Below, one piece after another: positions 38,083-47,381 of a stretch of 64,000 nt of DNA. Positions within the stretch are counted from its first letter, which is position 1. The number at the start of each line of letters is the position of its first letter. Location of the stretch: positions 1 to 64,000 of the IMG/VR virus record IMGVR_UViG_3300032323_000793. One strand, written 5' to 3'. Below the pieces are notes generated by a model. It saw only the letters and a program-made list of their open reading frames with translations, had not been told where the DNA came from and made no database searches. The stretch comes from a virus. The position numbers and the translations under genes are program-made.

Positions 38083-38283
38083 ATGCAAGTAAGAGCAGAC
38101 CAAATTACAGAAGGCGGATCACCATGTGGTTGTGGTCGTAGTCCTACAGGCAAATGTATCGGCTGGCACGGACTAGAAGAGGGCGAATACCGTGAAAGAT
38201 TAGCAGAGTGGGAATTGGAAGATTATAAACGTAGGGCACAAGAACTGTGGAATGACTCTTGCACTAGTCAGAGGTCATCATGA
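38083..38283 (+). CDS. CDGSH-like iron-sulfur small protein
   Basis: CGCGRSPTGKCIGWH resembles the CxCx2Sx3PxCDGSH motif. Confidence 0.55.
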   Translation: MQVRADQITEGGSPCGCGRSPTGKCIGWHGLEEGEYRERLAEWELEDYKRRAQELWNDSCTSQRSS

Positions 38284-38498
38284 GTACAGCAAAAGAAATA
38301 GCAGATAATTTAATTAACCGTGCAAAAAATCTACAAGAATTTGTTGTAGAAAGAGATTGGTCTCTTATTCCAGCAGGTGTTGTAAGATATGATATACAAC
38401 ATACAGTGGGTGAACCTGCTAGAATCTTTGTTCATGCTATGACAAAAGAAGAAGCAGAACGTCAAGTTGACGACTGGTTTAGTGAAGGTGTAGAATAA
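38280..38498 (+). CDS. Hypothetical protein
   Basis: ATGA and TAATG coupling. Confidence 0.55.
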   Translation: MSTAKEIADNLINRAKNLQEFVVERDWSLIPAGVVRYDIQHTVGEPARIFVHAMTKEEAERQVDDWFSEGVE

Positions 38499-38569
38499 TG
38501 TTATTTGCTCTAGGAATGATTGTAGGTATTATTATTGGAATCATTGCTTGGATTCTCATTAGGAGATAA
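38498..38569 (+). CDS. 23-aa single-TM micro-protein MLFALGMIVGIIIGIIAWILIRR (absent from the ORF track)
   Basis: TAATG coupling; fills the gap; hydrophobic with a basic end. Confidence 0.5.
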   Translation: MLFALGMIVGIIIGIIAWILIRR

Positions 38570-38571
38570 CG

Positions 38572-39042
38572 ATGTTGTTAAAACTACTTGAAAAACTAGA
38601 TCGCAAACGTATCATTTTTGATCGTGTGCATAACGAACCGTACCTTGAACGGTATTATCTCTTTTTAAAAGAACGTGAACGTTTTCCCTTTAACATATTT
38701 TTACACAAGTTCTTAAAAGGTGATCCAGACGATGTTCATGATCATCCATGGCCCTATGCAACATTAATTTTGAAAGGTGGATACTATGAATGGATTCCGC
38801 AATTTGACGAACAAGGCAATAAATCATGTGAAGTACGTAAATGGAGAGGACCCGGCCATTTTCGTATATGTAGCCCTAACTCTTATCATCGTATTGAGCT
38901 TAAGCCTGGCGTAACCGCTTGGACATTGTTTATGCCCGGACCTCACAAACGTGAATGGGGATTTTTAGTTAATAATAAATGGGTTCAACACGAACAATAT
39001 TTAAAGGAGAGGTATGAACAAGCACATAATCAAACAGTCTGA
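38572..39042 (+). CDS. Cupin-like protein
   Basis: HDHPW....IL.GGY.E and H.RIEL cupin metal motifs. Confidence 0.65.
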   Translation: MLLKLLEKLDRKRIIFDRVHNEPYLERYYLFLKERERFPFNIFLHKFLKGDPDDVHDHPWPYATLILKGGYYEWIPQFDEQGNKSCEVRKWRGPGHFRICSPNSYHRIELKPGVTAWTLFMPGPHKREWGFLVNNKWVQHEQYLKERYEQAHNQTV

Positions 39043-39598
39043 ACTAAAAGGATTAGTTTCTAAATTATGTAGAGATATTATAATTAGTGGATGGCGACCT
39101 GATTATATAGTAGGCATCACTAGAGGAGGCCTTATTCCCGCCGTAATGATTAGTCAATATCTAAATGTACCTATGCATACCTTGAACGTTAGTTTAAGAG
39201 ACGGCAATAGCGGAGAATCAAATCTTTGGATGGCCGAAGATGCTCTTGGTCCTAATTCTAGAGAAAGATTTGTAGAAAATCCTATAGATGTTGCGGGTGT
39301 ATTAGAAGCAGCCAGTGATCTTTTAGAAAACGGAACATATAAAGAAATTCTGTTAGTCGATGATATCAACGACACAGGTGCAACATTTAACTGGATAATG
39401 AATGATTGGCCAAGTGGATGTTTTCCAGATGACCCAGCATGGGAAGAAGTATGGAATAACAATGTAAAATTTGCAGTGCTAGTTGATAACCTTTCCAGCA
39501 AATGTAATGTTAAAATGGATTATTCCGGTATGGAAATTAACAAAGCGGAAAATGATGTTTGGATTGATTTTCCGTGGGAAGACTGGTGGACTAAATGA
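39014..39598 (+). CDS. Purine phosphoribosyltransferase (Gpt-like)
   Basis: IVGITRGGLIPA, ILLVDDINDTGAT, WIDFPWE. Confidence 0.85.
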   Translation: MNKHIIKQSELKGLVSKLCRDIIISGWRPDYIVGITRGGLIPAVMISQYLNVPMHTLNVSLRDGNSGESNLWMAEDALGPNSRERFVENPIDVAGVLEAASDLLENGTYKEILLVDDINDTGATFNWIMNDWPSGCFPDDPAWEEVWNNNVKFAVLVDNLSSKCNVKMDYSGMEINKAENDVWIDFPWEDWWTK

Positions 39599-39822
39599 TT
39601 GATTCAAAAATAAAAGTACATTGTACTGATGCTGGCAAAGACTTTGATATGCATGTTTTAGGATATAAACCTAAGACATTTTTAGAAGTTGCATTTCAAA
39701 CTATTAAAATTCGTTTAGCCTATATGGAAAGAACTCGTGCATTTGTGGGTTCATTAGGGGGAAGAGAATTTGTTTTTCGTGAAGAAAATCTTCCCAAAGA
39801 AACTGTGGAGTATAAAAGATGA
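39595..39822 (+). CDS. Hypothetical protein
   Basis: ATGA overlaps. Confidence 0.55.
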   Translation: MIDSKIKVHCTDAGKDFDMHVLGYKPKTFLEVAFQTIKIRLAYMERTRAFVGSLGGREFVFREENLPKETVEYKR

Positions 39823-40214
39823 TTACAGATATACATAAAGTATTTCCCTCAGAACCTAGTAGTATTGATGATTCTAAGGCACCGTGGACAGAATTGATAG
39901 AAGAAGATTATCATGTTAAAGTATTTCGTGATATATACCCTGTTACTGAAGGTCATCTTTTGTTTGTGCCTAAATACAATACTGTTTCTGTCCTAATGGA
40001 CTGTTTTGAAGATGCTGTCAAAGATGGCATTAACAGAGTTCACTCAGGAGAATGGGACGGATTTAATATTGGTTTAAATTACGGGTCGGCTGCTGGTCAA
40101 ACTGTTCCTTGGCCTCATGTTCATTTGATTCCAAGACGTAAGGGAGATATGGAAGACCCAACCGGCGGAGTGCGTCATGTTATTCCCGAGAAGGGAAATT
40201 ATAGGAAGTGGTAA
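39819..40214 (+). CDS. HIT-family hydrolase
   Basis: YPVTEGHLLFVPK and AAGQTV..PHVHLIPR. Confidence 0.85.
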   Translation: MITDIHKVFPSEPSSIDDSKAPWTELIEEDYHVKVFRDIYPVTEGHLLFVPKYNTVSVLMDCFEDAVKDGINRVHSGEWDGFNIGLNYGSAAGQTVPWPHVHLIPRRKGDMEDPTGGVRHVIPEKGNYRKW

Positions 40215-41032
40215 TGTCAAGAGCATTGTTTATAGGTGATAGTCATACTTGTGGATATTGGAGTCATCCGACCAATCAAGGTCCTGGATCATATACCTAT
40301 TGGAATGATAACAATTACGCAGAAATTTATGCGGAAGAAAATAACAAACCGGTAGCCATTTATGCAATGGCAGGTGTCAACAATCGTGTTTATACAGACT
40401 GGATGAAATCTATGTTTGACACTTACAATGACATCGATGAGGTTTTTCTTTGCATGGCTCCGTTCAATAGATTTACTATAGGATTCGATGGCAAACTAGA
40501 TGATAATGTAATTGCTGTAGATCATTTTACTACTAAAATGCCTTCGTCGAATGGCTTTATAGATAGGTACTGTGATTTGACCATCAATGAAGAAAACTTA
40601 CAACTGTTTAATAAAGCACTCAGTGACGATTATAATACTTTTCCAGGATTAGATTTAGACCCAGACAACGGTCTTAAAAGCCCAAACATTAGAGAACATA
40701 CTTTTATGCAGATAAAATTATTCTTTGAAATGAATAGTTTTATTGAGAAACGAGATTTCCTTTTAAATGTATTTGCTTGGGACAGACTTTGTCAAGAACA
40801 TGGTGCAAAGTTATATCTTTTTAATGTTACTGATAGATTGCGATATCCTCAAACATTTGAATATTACGGAAAATTAAAATCAACTGTACTAACTCGTAAA
40901 GCAGTTGAAAGTTTTATGAGAGAAAAACATGTTGATCATTCTAAATATTTCCTAGAAGATCAAGAACATTATAATAGAGAATATCATTCTTTAATAGCCA
41001 CTAAATATCTACCCTGGTTAAAAACATTATGA
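40214..41032 (+). CDS. SGNH/GDSL-hydrolase-like protein
   Basis: FIGDSHT, G..N, D.EH motifs. Confidence 0.55.
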   Translation: MSRALFIGDSHTCGYWSHPTNQGPGSYTYWNDNNYAEIYAEENNKPVAIYAMAGVNNRVYTDWMKSMFDTYNDIDEVFLCMAPFNRFTIGFDGKLDDNVIAVDHFTTKMPSSNGFIDRYCDLTINEENLQLFNKALSDDYNTFPGLDLDPDNGLKSPNIREHTFMQIKLFFEMNSFIEKRDFLLNVFAWDRLCQEHGAKLYLFNVTDRLRYPQTFEYYGKLKSTVLTRKAVESFMREKHVDHSKYFLEDQEHYNREYHSLIATKYLPWLKTL

Positions 41033-41613
41033 TCAATATTCTTATAGCAGGAGATAGTTTTGCAGCAAAATGGCCGTTTGCAAAACTAGGCTGGGTAGAT
41101 ATTTTGTCTCACCGACACACTGTTACTAATCTTGCTATGGCTGGCTGCGGTGAGTACAAAATATTAAAACAAATACAGTCAGTAGATCTTACAAAATTTG
41201 ATCTAATAATCGTTAGTCATACTAGTCCGAGCAGAATTCACACTCCGAAACATCCTATTCACGGTGAAGGCTTTCATAAAAATTGCGATCTGTTAGCCAA
41301 TGATATTATTGACAGGAGTAATTGGTTTAACCCAAGTTTAACGGCTGCTCAAGGTTATTTCAAATATCATTATGACGACGAATATCAAATAGACATTTAT
41401 AATTTGATCAGGCAAAAAATTCTCGATACTATCGGAAAAAAACCCTATCTCAGTCTTACACACACAGATATTAGCAGAGAGTTAACTATTGAAACAGATT
41501 GTCTTGATTTTAGCGATCTGTGGAAAACAGAAAGAGGTTCTATCAATCATTATACCATTAACGGCAACAGAGTCATTTATGAAACTATTGTTAAACATAT
41601 AAATGAAAAATAA
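41029..41613 (+). CDS. SGNH/GDSL-hydrolase-like protein
   Basis: IAGDSFA, NLA..G, NH...GN. Confidence 0.55.
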   Translation: MINILIAGDSFAAKWPFAKLGWVDILSHRHTVTNLAMAGCGEYKILKQIQSVDLTKFDLIIVSHTSPSRIHTPKHPIHGEGFHKNCDLLANDIIDRSNWFNPSLTAAQGYFKYHYDDEYQIDIYNLIRQKILDTIGKKPYLSLTHTDISRELTIETDCLDFSDLWKTERGSINHYTINGNRVIYETIVKHINEK

Positions 41614-41803
41614 CACAATTACTATTCCTTGGCAAAATCAAAAAGATATTTGGTGGAACAAAACATGCGCTGATGTTATGGAACACTTTGGTTTACCAGG
41701 CGGACGTTATGTGACAGAAGTTAGTACCGATTGTATGAAGTTTCATTTCAACACTGAGCAAGATGCGTTGATGTGCAAATTATTGATAAGTGATCAAATA
41801 TGA
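41603..41803 (+). CDS. Hypothetical protein
   Basis: W...CA.V.EHFGLPG.RY; coupled ORF. Confidence 0.55.
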   Translation: MKNNTITIPWQNQKDIWWNKTCADVMEHFGLPGGRYVTEVSTDCMKFHFNTEQDALMCKLLISDQI

Positions 41804-41994
41804 AAAACAGTTATGTATTCTTGTTAGCGGTTATTGCAGCAGCATTAATTTTATGCTTGACAAACTTTGGCGGGTCAACAAGTAGAGTCTACGATTGTGG
41901 AATGGCTGAATGGCACCCCGACATTCCTAAAGAAGTTAAAGAAGAATGTCGAAAACTTAAAATGCAATACAATAATGAAAAATATAGAACATGA
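41800..41994 (+). CDS. Small membrane-anchored protein
   Basis: N-terminal TM; YDC..AE..PD.P..VKE.CR. Confidence 0.55.
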   Translation: MKNSYVFLLAVIAAALILCLTNFGGSTSRVYDCGMAEWHPDIPKEVKEECRKLKMQYNNEKYRT

Positions 41995-42197
41995 AAAGAT
42001 GGATTTTAGATGTTGAAGAAGATCCTAAAACTGGAGATTCTGTTCTTAAATTTCCAGAAGATCTTTTAAAAGAAATAAATTGGAAAGAGGGGGATCATAT
42101 CCATTGGATAGATCTAGGTGATGGTAGTTATCAATTGGTCAAAGAAGAGTTGACAACTTTCGTAAAAAGTGGTATAATAAAGAATGAGCAAAATTAA
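41991..42197 (+). CDS. AbrB/MazE-like DNA-binding protein
   Basis: L.FP.DLL....WKEGD.I.W.....G...L.K. Confidence 0.55.
   Translation: MKRWILDVEEDPKTGDSVLKFPEDLLKEINWKEGDHIHWIDLGDGSYQLVKEELTTFVKSGIIKNEQN
42150..42178 (+). promoter_or_regulatory. Perfect sigma70 promoter immediately before queE
   Basis: TTGACA, 17-nt spacer, TATAAT. Confidence 0.8.
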
Positions 42198-43041
42198 AAT
42201 CGCTGAACTATTTTATAGTATTCAAGGTGAAGGACGCTATATGGGTGTTCCTTCTGTTTTCTTACGTACATTTGGATGTAACTTTAAATGTGCAGGCTTC
42301 GGTATGCCTAAAGGCCAGTTAAGTACTGAAGTTGAAGCAATCGCACAAATTGCAGATAAATTTAAATTGTACGAAGAACTTCCTCTGGTATCTACAGGTT
42401 GTGACAGTTACGCATCGTGGGATCCTCGTTTTAAAGATCTCAGTCCAATGCTAACATCTGATGCTATTGCTGAACGTATTGCAGAAATTCTTCCTTTCAA
42501 TGAATGGCAGGACGAGCATCTTGTTATCACAGGTGGTGAGCCTTTGCTAGGTTGGCAACGTGCTTATCCTGATCTTTTAGATCATCCTAAGATGCAAAGT
42601 TTAAAAGAAATTACATTTGAAACAAATGGTACTCAAGCACTAACTGATGATTTTAAATTATACTTACACACTTGGAAGAGCCATCATGCGTATGACTTCT
42701 GGAGAGAAATCACTTTTAGTGTAAGTGCAAAATTAAGTTGCTCTGGAGAAACACGCGAAGAAGCAATTAGGCCAGAAGTAGTTTGCGAATATCAAGACTA
42801 CGGTCATACATATTTGAAGTTTGTCTGTGCTACTGAAGAAGATGCAGAAGAAGCAATTGAAACTGTAGACATTTATCGTGCTAACGGATTTGATGGACAC
42901 GTATATCTAATGCCTGTGGGCGGAGTTGAATCAGTTTACACACTAAACAATCGTCGTGTAGCAGAGTTGGCTATGAAAGCAGGATTACGCTACAGTGACA
43001 GACTACAAGTACCATTGTTTAAAAATGAGTGGGGAACTTAA
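42184..43041 (+). CDS. queE: 7-carboxy-7-deazaguanine synthase (radical SAM)
   Basis: ELFYSIQGEG..G.PSVFLR..GCN, CDS, VITGGEP, FETNGT, SVSAK, RLQ. Confidence 0.88.
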   Translation: MSKIKIAELFYSIQGEGRYMGVPSVFLRTFGCNFKCAGFGMPKGQLSTEVEAIAQIADKFKLYEELPLVSTGCDSYASWDPRFKDLSPMLTSDAIAERIAEILPFNEWQDEHLVITGGEPLLGWQRAYPDLLDHPKMQSLKEITFETNGTQALTDDFKLYLHTWKSHHAYDFWREITFSVSAKLSCSGETREEAIRPEVVCEYQDYGHTYLKFVCATEEDAEEAIETVDIYRANGFDGHVYLMPVGGVESVYTLNNRRVAELAMKAGLRYSDRLQVPLFKNEWGT

Positions 43042-43475
43042 TGAAATTTGTTAAAAGATTATTTGGGTTAGATAAAATCGAAGCCAGTATAGAAGAAGCA
43101 AGACAGGCACTAGAGCAGGCTACCAAATTAAAAGAAGAAGCCGAAAATAATTTAAAAGAAATTGCTCAAGAACAAGAATTGGCTAAACTTAGTCCAAAAG
43201 ATCGTGCTAATCGTAAAAAAGAACCTTGGGTAGGAGTTTTGAATACTCATGTCAATTCGGACAATGTGCGAAATGGTTTTTTTGAACTTGACTGGAATGA
43301 CCAGTTTGTGTTACAATTAAAGCAAGAAGGTTACGGTGTAGATGGCGACAAAGACGAAGAAATTGTAGATAGATGGTTCCGTGAACTTTGTGCAAATGTT
43401 GTAGTAGATGGTGATTTCGGTGGCCCTGTTGATACAGGTACTTTGGATATAAAGAGTGTAAAGAAGAATATTTAA
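43041..43475 (+). CDS. Hypothetical protein
   Basis: TAATG coupling; EPWV...GFFELDWN..F...L...GY. Confidence 0.6.
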   Translation: MKFVKRLFGLDKIEASIEEARQALEQATKLKEEAENNLKEIAQEQELAKLSPKDRANRKKEPWVGVLNTHVNSDNVRNGFFELDWNDQFVLQLKQEGYGVDGDKDEEIVDRWFRELCANVVVDGDFGGPVDTGTLDIKSVKKNI

Positions 43476-44461
43476 TGACATATATTTTAGTTGATACTGC
43501 TAACACATTCTTTCGTGCTAGACATGTTATTAACGGCGATGCTGATATCAAACTCGGCATGGCATTTCATATAACCCTAAATTCTATTCGTAAAGCGTGG
43601 CAGCAATTTAATGGTACCCACGTTATTTTCTGCTTAGAGGGTAGATCATGGCGCAAAGACTACTATGCTCCTTACAAACGAAATCGATCAGATGCTCGTG
43701 CCGCACACACAGAAAAAGAAGCAGAAGAAGAAAAAGTATTCTGGGAAGCATTTGATACTTTTAAAGAGTTTATTACTGATAAAACTAACTGTACAGTATT
43801 GCAACATCCGCAACTAGAAGCAGACGATCTTATTGCAGGTTGGATTCAAAGCCACCCAGATGATAACCATGTCATCATTTCAACTGATACAGATTTTGTA
43901 CAACTTATTGCACCTAATGTACGACAGTACAATGGTGTTATGGAACACGTAATTACCCATGAAGGCATCTTCGACGATAAAGGCAAACCAGTTATTGACA
44001 AGAAAACGCAAGAGCCAAAAGCCGCACCAAATCCAGAATGGCTTTTGTTCGAAAAGTGTATGCGTGGTGATACCAGTGATAATGTCTTCTCAGCGTATCC
44101 AGGTGTGCGTACTAAAGGCACAAGCAAAAAAGTGGGCCTTACTGAAGCGTTCGAAGATCGTAAAACCAAAGGATTTGCGTGGAACAATCTCATGCTACAG
44201 AGATGGACTGACCACGAAGGTAAAGAACATCGTGTCTTAGAAGATTATGAACGCAATCGTCGTCTTATTGATCTAAGTCATCAGCCTGAAGATATCAAAG
44301 AAATCATTGCTACAACTATCTCACAGGCCATTGATGCAAATAAAAATATCAGTCAAGTAGGTATTCGACTGATTAAGTTCTGTAATCTATATGATTTGAA
44401 AAAAATTGCCGAACAGGCACAGAGTTATGCTGAACCATTAAATGCGAGGTACACACTATGA
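43475..44461 (+). CDS. RNase H / 5'-3' exonuclease (T4 Rnh-like)
   Basis: ILVD, SWRK.YY..YK.NR, EADD, ISTDTDF.QL, GDTSDNV, N..LIDL. Confidence 0.88.
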   Translation: MTYILVDTANTFFRARHVINGDADIKLGMAFHITLNSIRKAWQQFNGTHVIFCLEGRSWRKDYYAPYKRNRSDARAAHTEKEAEEEKVFWEAFDTFKEFITDKTNCTVLQHPQLEADDLIAGWIQSHPDDNHVIISTDTDFVQLIAPNVRQYNGVMEHVITHEGIFDDKGKPVIDKKTQEPKAAPNPEWLLFEKCMRGDTSDNVFSAYPGVRTKGTSKKVGLTEAFEDRKTKGFAWNNLMLQRWTDHEGKEHRVLEDYERNRRLIDLSHQPEDIKEIIATTISQAIDANKNISQVGIRLIKFCNLYDLKKIAEQAQSYAEPLNARYTL

Positions 44462-44934
44462 CAGAGATACATGCTAAACCGATCATTGATAATAAATTCT
44501 GGATCGTTGAAAAAGACGGAGAGAAAATTGCTACTCTAAGAAAAAACGAAGACAATCGTTTTGTAATGAGTAATGAGTTAGGAATAAAGATTTACGAAAA
44601 CAAAAAAAGTTTGACTGACCAGTTTGGTAAAGACTTTTTTGTTGTTAAGATTGTAAAAGAAAGTGATACTGCATTACCTAACGAAGTTCACGGATTTAGT
44701 ACTAGTGCAGAACCTCATAATCCTCTTTACGACATTAAAAAGAAATTGCCTCTATTCACTAAGAGTGAAGATTCAAAGAGTTTGTATTGTGCAGGTTATT
44801 ATATTATTAAATTTGAAAAAGGCTGGGTCAAAAGTTTTTGTCCTAAATTAATTACATTGCAACGATACCCTTATCAAGGTCCTTTTAAAACTGAAATTGA
44901 AATGAAGCAGGTATTGTCAAGTGTCTCAAAATAA
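44458..44934 (+). CDS. Hypothetical protein
   Basis: Coupled ORF; CAGYY and FCPK motifs. Confidence 0.6.
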   Translation: MTEIHAKPIIDNKFWIVEKDGEKIATLRKNEDNRFVMSNELGIKIYENKKSLTDQFGKDFFVVKIVKESDTALPNEVHGFSTSAEPHNPLYDIKKKLPLFTKSEDSKSLYCAGYYIIKFEKGWVKSFCPKLITLQRYPYQGPFKTEIEMKQVLSSVSK

Positions 44935-45169
44935 ACTGCCCACTACATTACCTACTATAGAAAAAATAATTTCTAGAACTGTTGTTGCTGAAAAGAGTCA
45001 ACAGAAAGAAATTAGAATTACTATACAAGAAGCACGTGATTTAACTGCCGAATTGGCTATTCTGACATCTAAATTAGGTTCAACTGTTCAAGAAATACAT
45101 CAAATGCTGTCGGAAATACGCGAATCAACTACTAAGATTGATGTTAAGTTCGACGGGGGAACGTTCTAA
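44921..45169 (+). CDS. Hypothetical protein
   Basis: GTG start; ends in DGGTF. Confidence 0.5.
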   Translation: MSQNKLPTTLPTIEKIISRTVVAEKSQQKEIRITIQEARDLTAELAILTSKLGSTVQEIHQMLSEIRESTTKIDVKFDGGTF

Positions 45170-45211
45170 AGTTGATAAATATATACGTGGTTTATTAGGA
45201 TACGTATATAG

Positions 45212-45496
45212 ATGAGCAGACCGAAACCTAAAGTAATTCTTGAATATGCAAATAAAGAGAATTACAAAGTAGAACAAATTTTAGAAAGTGAGGCTATCTG
45301 GGCAGTGTTTTACCAGAACAAACCTTTTAATTTGAAGAGTGGCAGTCTGCTGGCCAATTACCCTGGACCTAAGTACAAGAAGGTAAGTTTTAGTAATCCC
45401 GGACACGCTCACAATCTCGCCAAAAAATTAAATAAATTATTTAAAACAAAAGACTTTTCAGTTTACAAACTAACCACTGGCGAAGAATTGAAATGA
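45212..45496 (+). CDS. Hypothetical basic protein (late)
   Basis: MSRPKP...GPKYKK.SFSNPGHA.NLA; GATAAATA at 45174-81. Confidence 0.65.
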   Translation: MSRPKPKVILEYANKENYKVEQILESEAIWAVFYQNKPFNLKSGSLLANYPGPKYKKVSFSNPGHAHNLAKKLNKLFKTKDFSVYKLTTGEELK

Positions 45497-45499
45497 GCA

Positions 45500-45901
45500 A
45501 TGGATACTAAAGACCGATATACTGAAGTTTTTTTAAAAGCGGCCGGCTTACCCGTTGATGAGAAAAGTGTCAAAGACTGTCGATCCCGATGGTGGTTCAG
45601 TACAAGAGAAAAATCCAATGGTGGTCTCCGTGTTACCGATCAATGTCTAGAATTTTTAGAAACTGTTGCAGACATTAAAATTTATAAAATAGATTTACCA
45701 AAAGACCTTACCATAGGTCCTCAAGTTCTAATTTGGTTAGATCAATTCTTAGAAACTCCCTGGCATTTAGAAAAAAGATATATCAAAGTTCTATCTGAAA
45801 AATCTGCATTTGAATTATACTTATTTTCCGGCGATGTTAGAAAATTAGGATCAGCCAAAGCCATGGCCAAAAGATTAAGCCAAGAATCCCAACCTCAATA
45901 A
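45500..45901 (+). CDS. Hypothetical protein
   Basis: Co-linear ORF. Confidence 0.6.
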   Translation: MDTKDRYTEVFLKAAGLPVDEKSVKDCRSRWWFSTREKSNGGLRVTDQCLEFLETVADIKIYKIDLPKDLTIGPQVLIWLDQFLETPWHLEKRYIKVLSEKSAFELYLFSGDVRKLGSAKAMAKRLSQESQPQ

Positions 45902-45925
45902 ACTTATCACGTAAATAAATTCGTT

Positions 45926-46201
45926 ATGTTAGATCTTAATGCTCTTGATATCTTAGACAGCAGAAAAACAAATACTGCTGTTCCGCACTTTTCAAAAGTA
46001 ATGATCCAGGCTGTAGATTGGGACAATGACCAAACTATAGAAAATTGGATTACTGCTAATTTAAAAGGCAGATATTATATCATTTCTCAGCCGTATGTAA
46101 CCGAAGATGGAAAATTAAAAACAGCCAGATTTGCAGGGTTTGAAGATCAAAAAGAGATAACTTATTTTATACTAGCCTGTCCTCATTTAAGGAGAAATTA
46201 A
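45926..46201 (+). CDS. Hypothetical protein
   Basis: TAAATA at 45912-17; WI..NL.GRY, GFE..E. Confidence 0.55.
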   Translation: MLDLNALDILDSRKTNTAVPHFSKVMIQAVDWDNDQTIENWITANLKGRYYIISQPYVTEDGKLKTARFAGFEDQKEITYFILACPHLRRN

Positions 46202-46431
46202 TGACTGAAGAAGTAAACAATCAAGAAGCCGCAACAGCACCTGCCGAGGCCGCTGCTGCACCACAACCATCTGCACCAGATCTAAATATTACCGATCTCG
46301 CTGCTGTGAGAAATATCATTGATATTGCATCTCAGCGCGGTGCATTTAAAGCCAACGAATTAGAAGTTGTTGGCAAGACTTATAACAAACTAACTGCATT
46401 CTTAGATTCAGTAAACAAAAAGGAACAATAA
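46201..46431 (+). CDS. Hypothetical protein
   Basis: AAGGAG RBS; IID.A..RGAF.A.E...VG..YNKL..FL. Confidence 0.65.
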   Translation: MTEEVNNQEAATAPAEAAAAPQPSAPDLNITDLAAVRNIIDIASQRGAFKANELEVVGKTYNKLTAFLDSVNKKEQ

Positions 46432-46432
46432 T

Positions 46433-47083
46433 ATGAGAGCACTAAAACACACTGGTAGAATGATCAAATCGGGAGCGAAAGTTTTGGTGGTATTCAGGAC
46501 GCTCCCCGGAGAATCTAACTATTCTCTAGTTATTCCTGTGGCTCAATTATCTGATACATATCACGACTCTATCATGAAATTGGTAGAAAGTGATCAGGCT
46601 CAAGAAGTTTTTGAGTTTGGTGAAATTCTTTTTATTAGAAGTTTCCCAGATGGTCGTCCAATGCTACAAGCACTAAGAGCAGACGGATTATTGGAAAGAG
46701 TAACTACAGATTCTGTTTTAATGACTCCTACACCCAATGATAATATTCCGTTGCATCAATTAAATTCGTTAATAGCAGAGCAAAAAAACTGTGCTGTTGA
46801 CGATCTGTGTACATTTGTATCCGGTGCTCCAAAGCAGTCAGATGCTACTGTAGACAATGTTGCTGCGGTTAACGACTTAGGAAAAGATCTAGGAGAACCT
46901 AGCAAGCCTGCAAAAATTCAAGCACAGACAAATGAAATATTATCTGATAAAGATATTGCTAAAGGATTACGCAGTCAAGCAGATGCACTATACAAAGAAG
47001 CAGCACGTCTACGTAAAGAAGCAGAAGACCTAGACCCAACTGTAAAAAAATCTTCAAAGACTAAAGAAACAGCAGATGCCTAA
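46433..47083 (+). CDS. Hypothetical protein
   Basis: AAGGA RBS; C-terminal coiled coil. Confidence 0.65.
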   Translation: MRALKHTGRMIKSGAKVLVVFRTLPGESNYSLVIPVAQLSDTYHDSIMKLVESDQAQEVFEFGEILFIRSFPDGRPMLQALRADGLLERVTTDSVLMTPTPNDNIPLHQLNSLIAEQKNCAVDDLCTFVSGAPKQSDATVDNVAAVNDLGKDLGEPSKPAKIQAQTNEILSDKDIAKGLRSQADALYKEAARLRKEAEDLDPTVKKSSKTKETADA

Positions 47084-47381
47084 GCCGTTGTTTAGACCGC
47101 CAATGCATCTTGTAAAAGAGTGGCCAGAAGTATTTGAAGATATGTACATGAATACCATGCCTGTTGCATATCTTGAAATGGTACATTTGACATTTGAAGA
47201 TGGCAGAATATGGCAGATTGATGTACGTGCTCAACTCCAAGGATCTGCTCCAGAATCTATCGCAGAAAAATTATTAGAGACTCTTCAAGAGTACAAAGAC
47301 GAAATAAAAAAGATAGATTTCAAAATAGATATAGAAAGATTGAAAAGAGATATTACCGATTCAACTAAGACTCTGTTTTAG
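47076..47381 (+). CDS. Hypothetical protein
   Basis: Last plus-strand gene; its 3' end overlaps the convergent radical-SAM gene. Confidence 0.6.
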   Translation: MPKPLFRPPMHLVKEWPEVFEDMYMNTMPVAYLEMVHLTFEDGRIWQIDVRAQLQGSAPESIAEKLLETLQEYKDEIKKIDFKIDIERLKRDITDSTKTLF

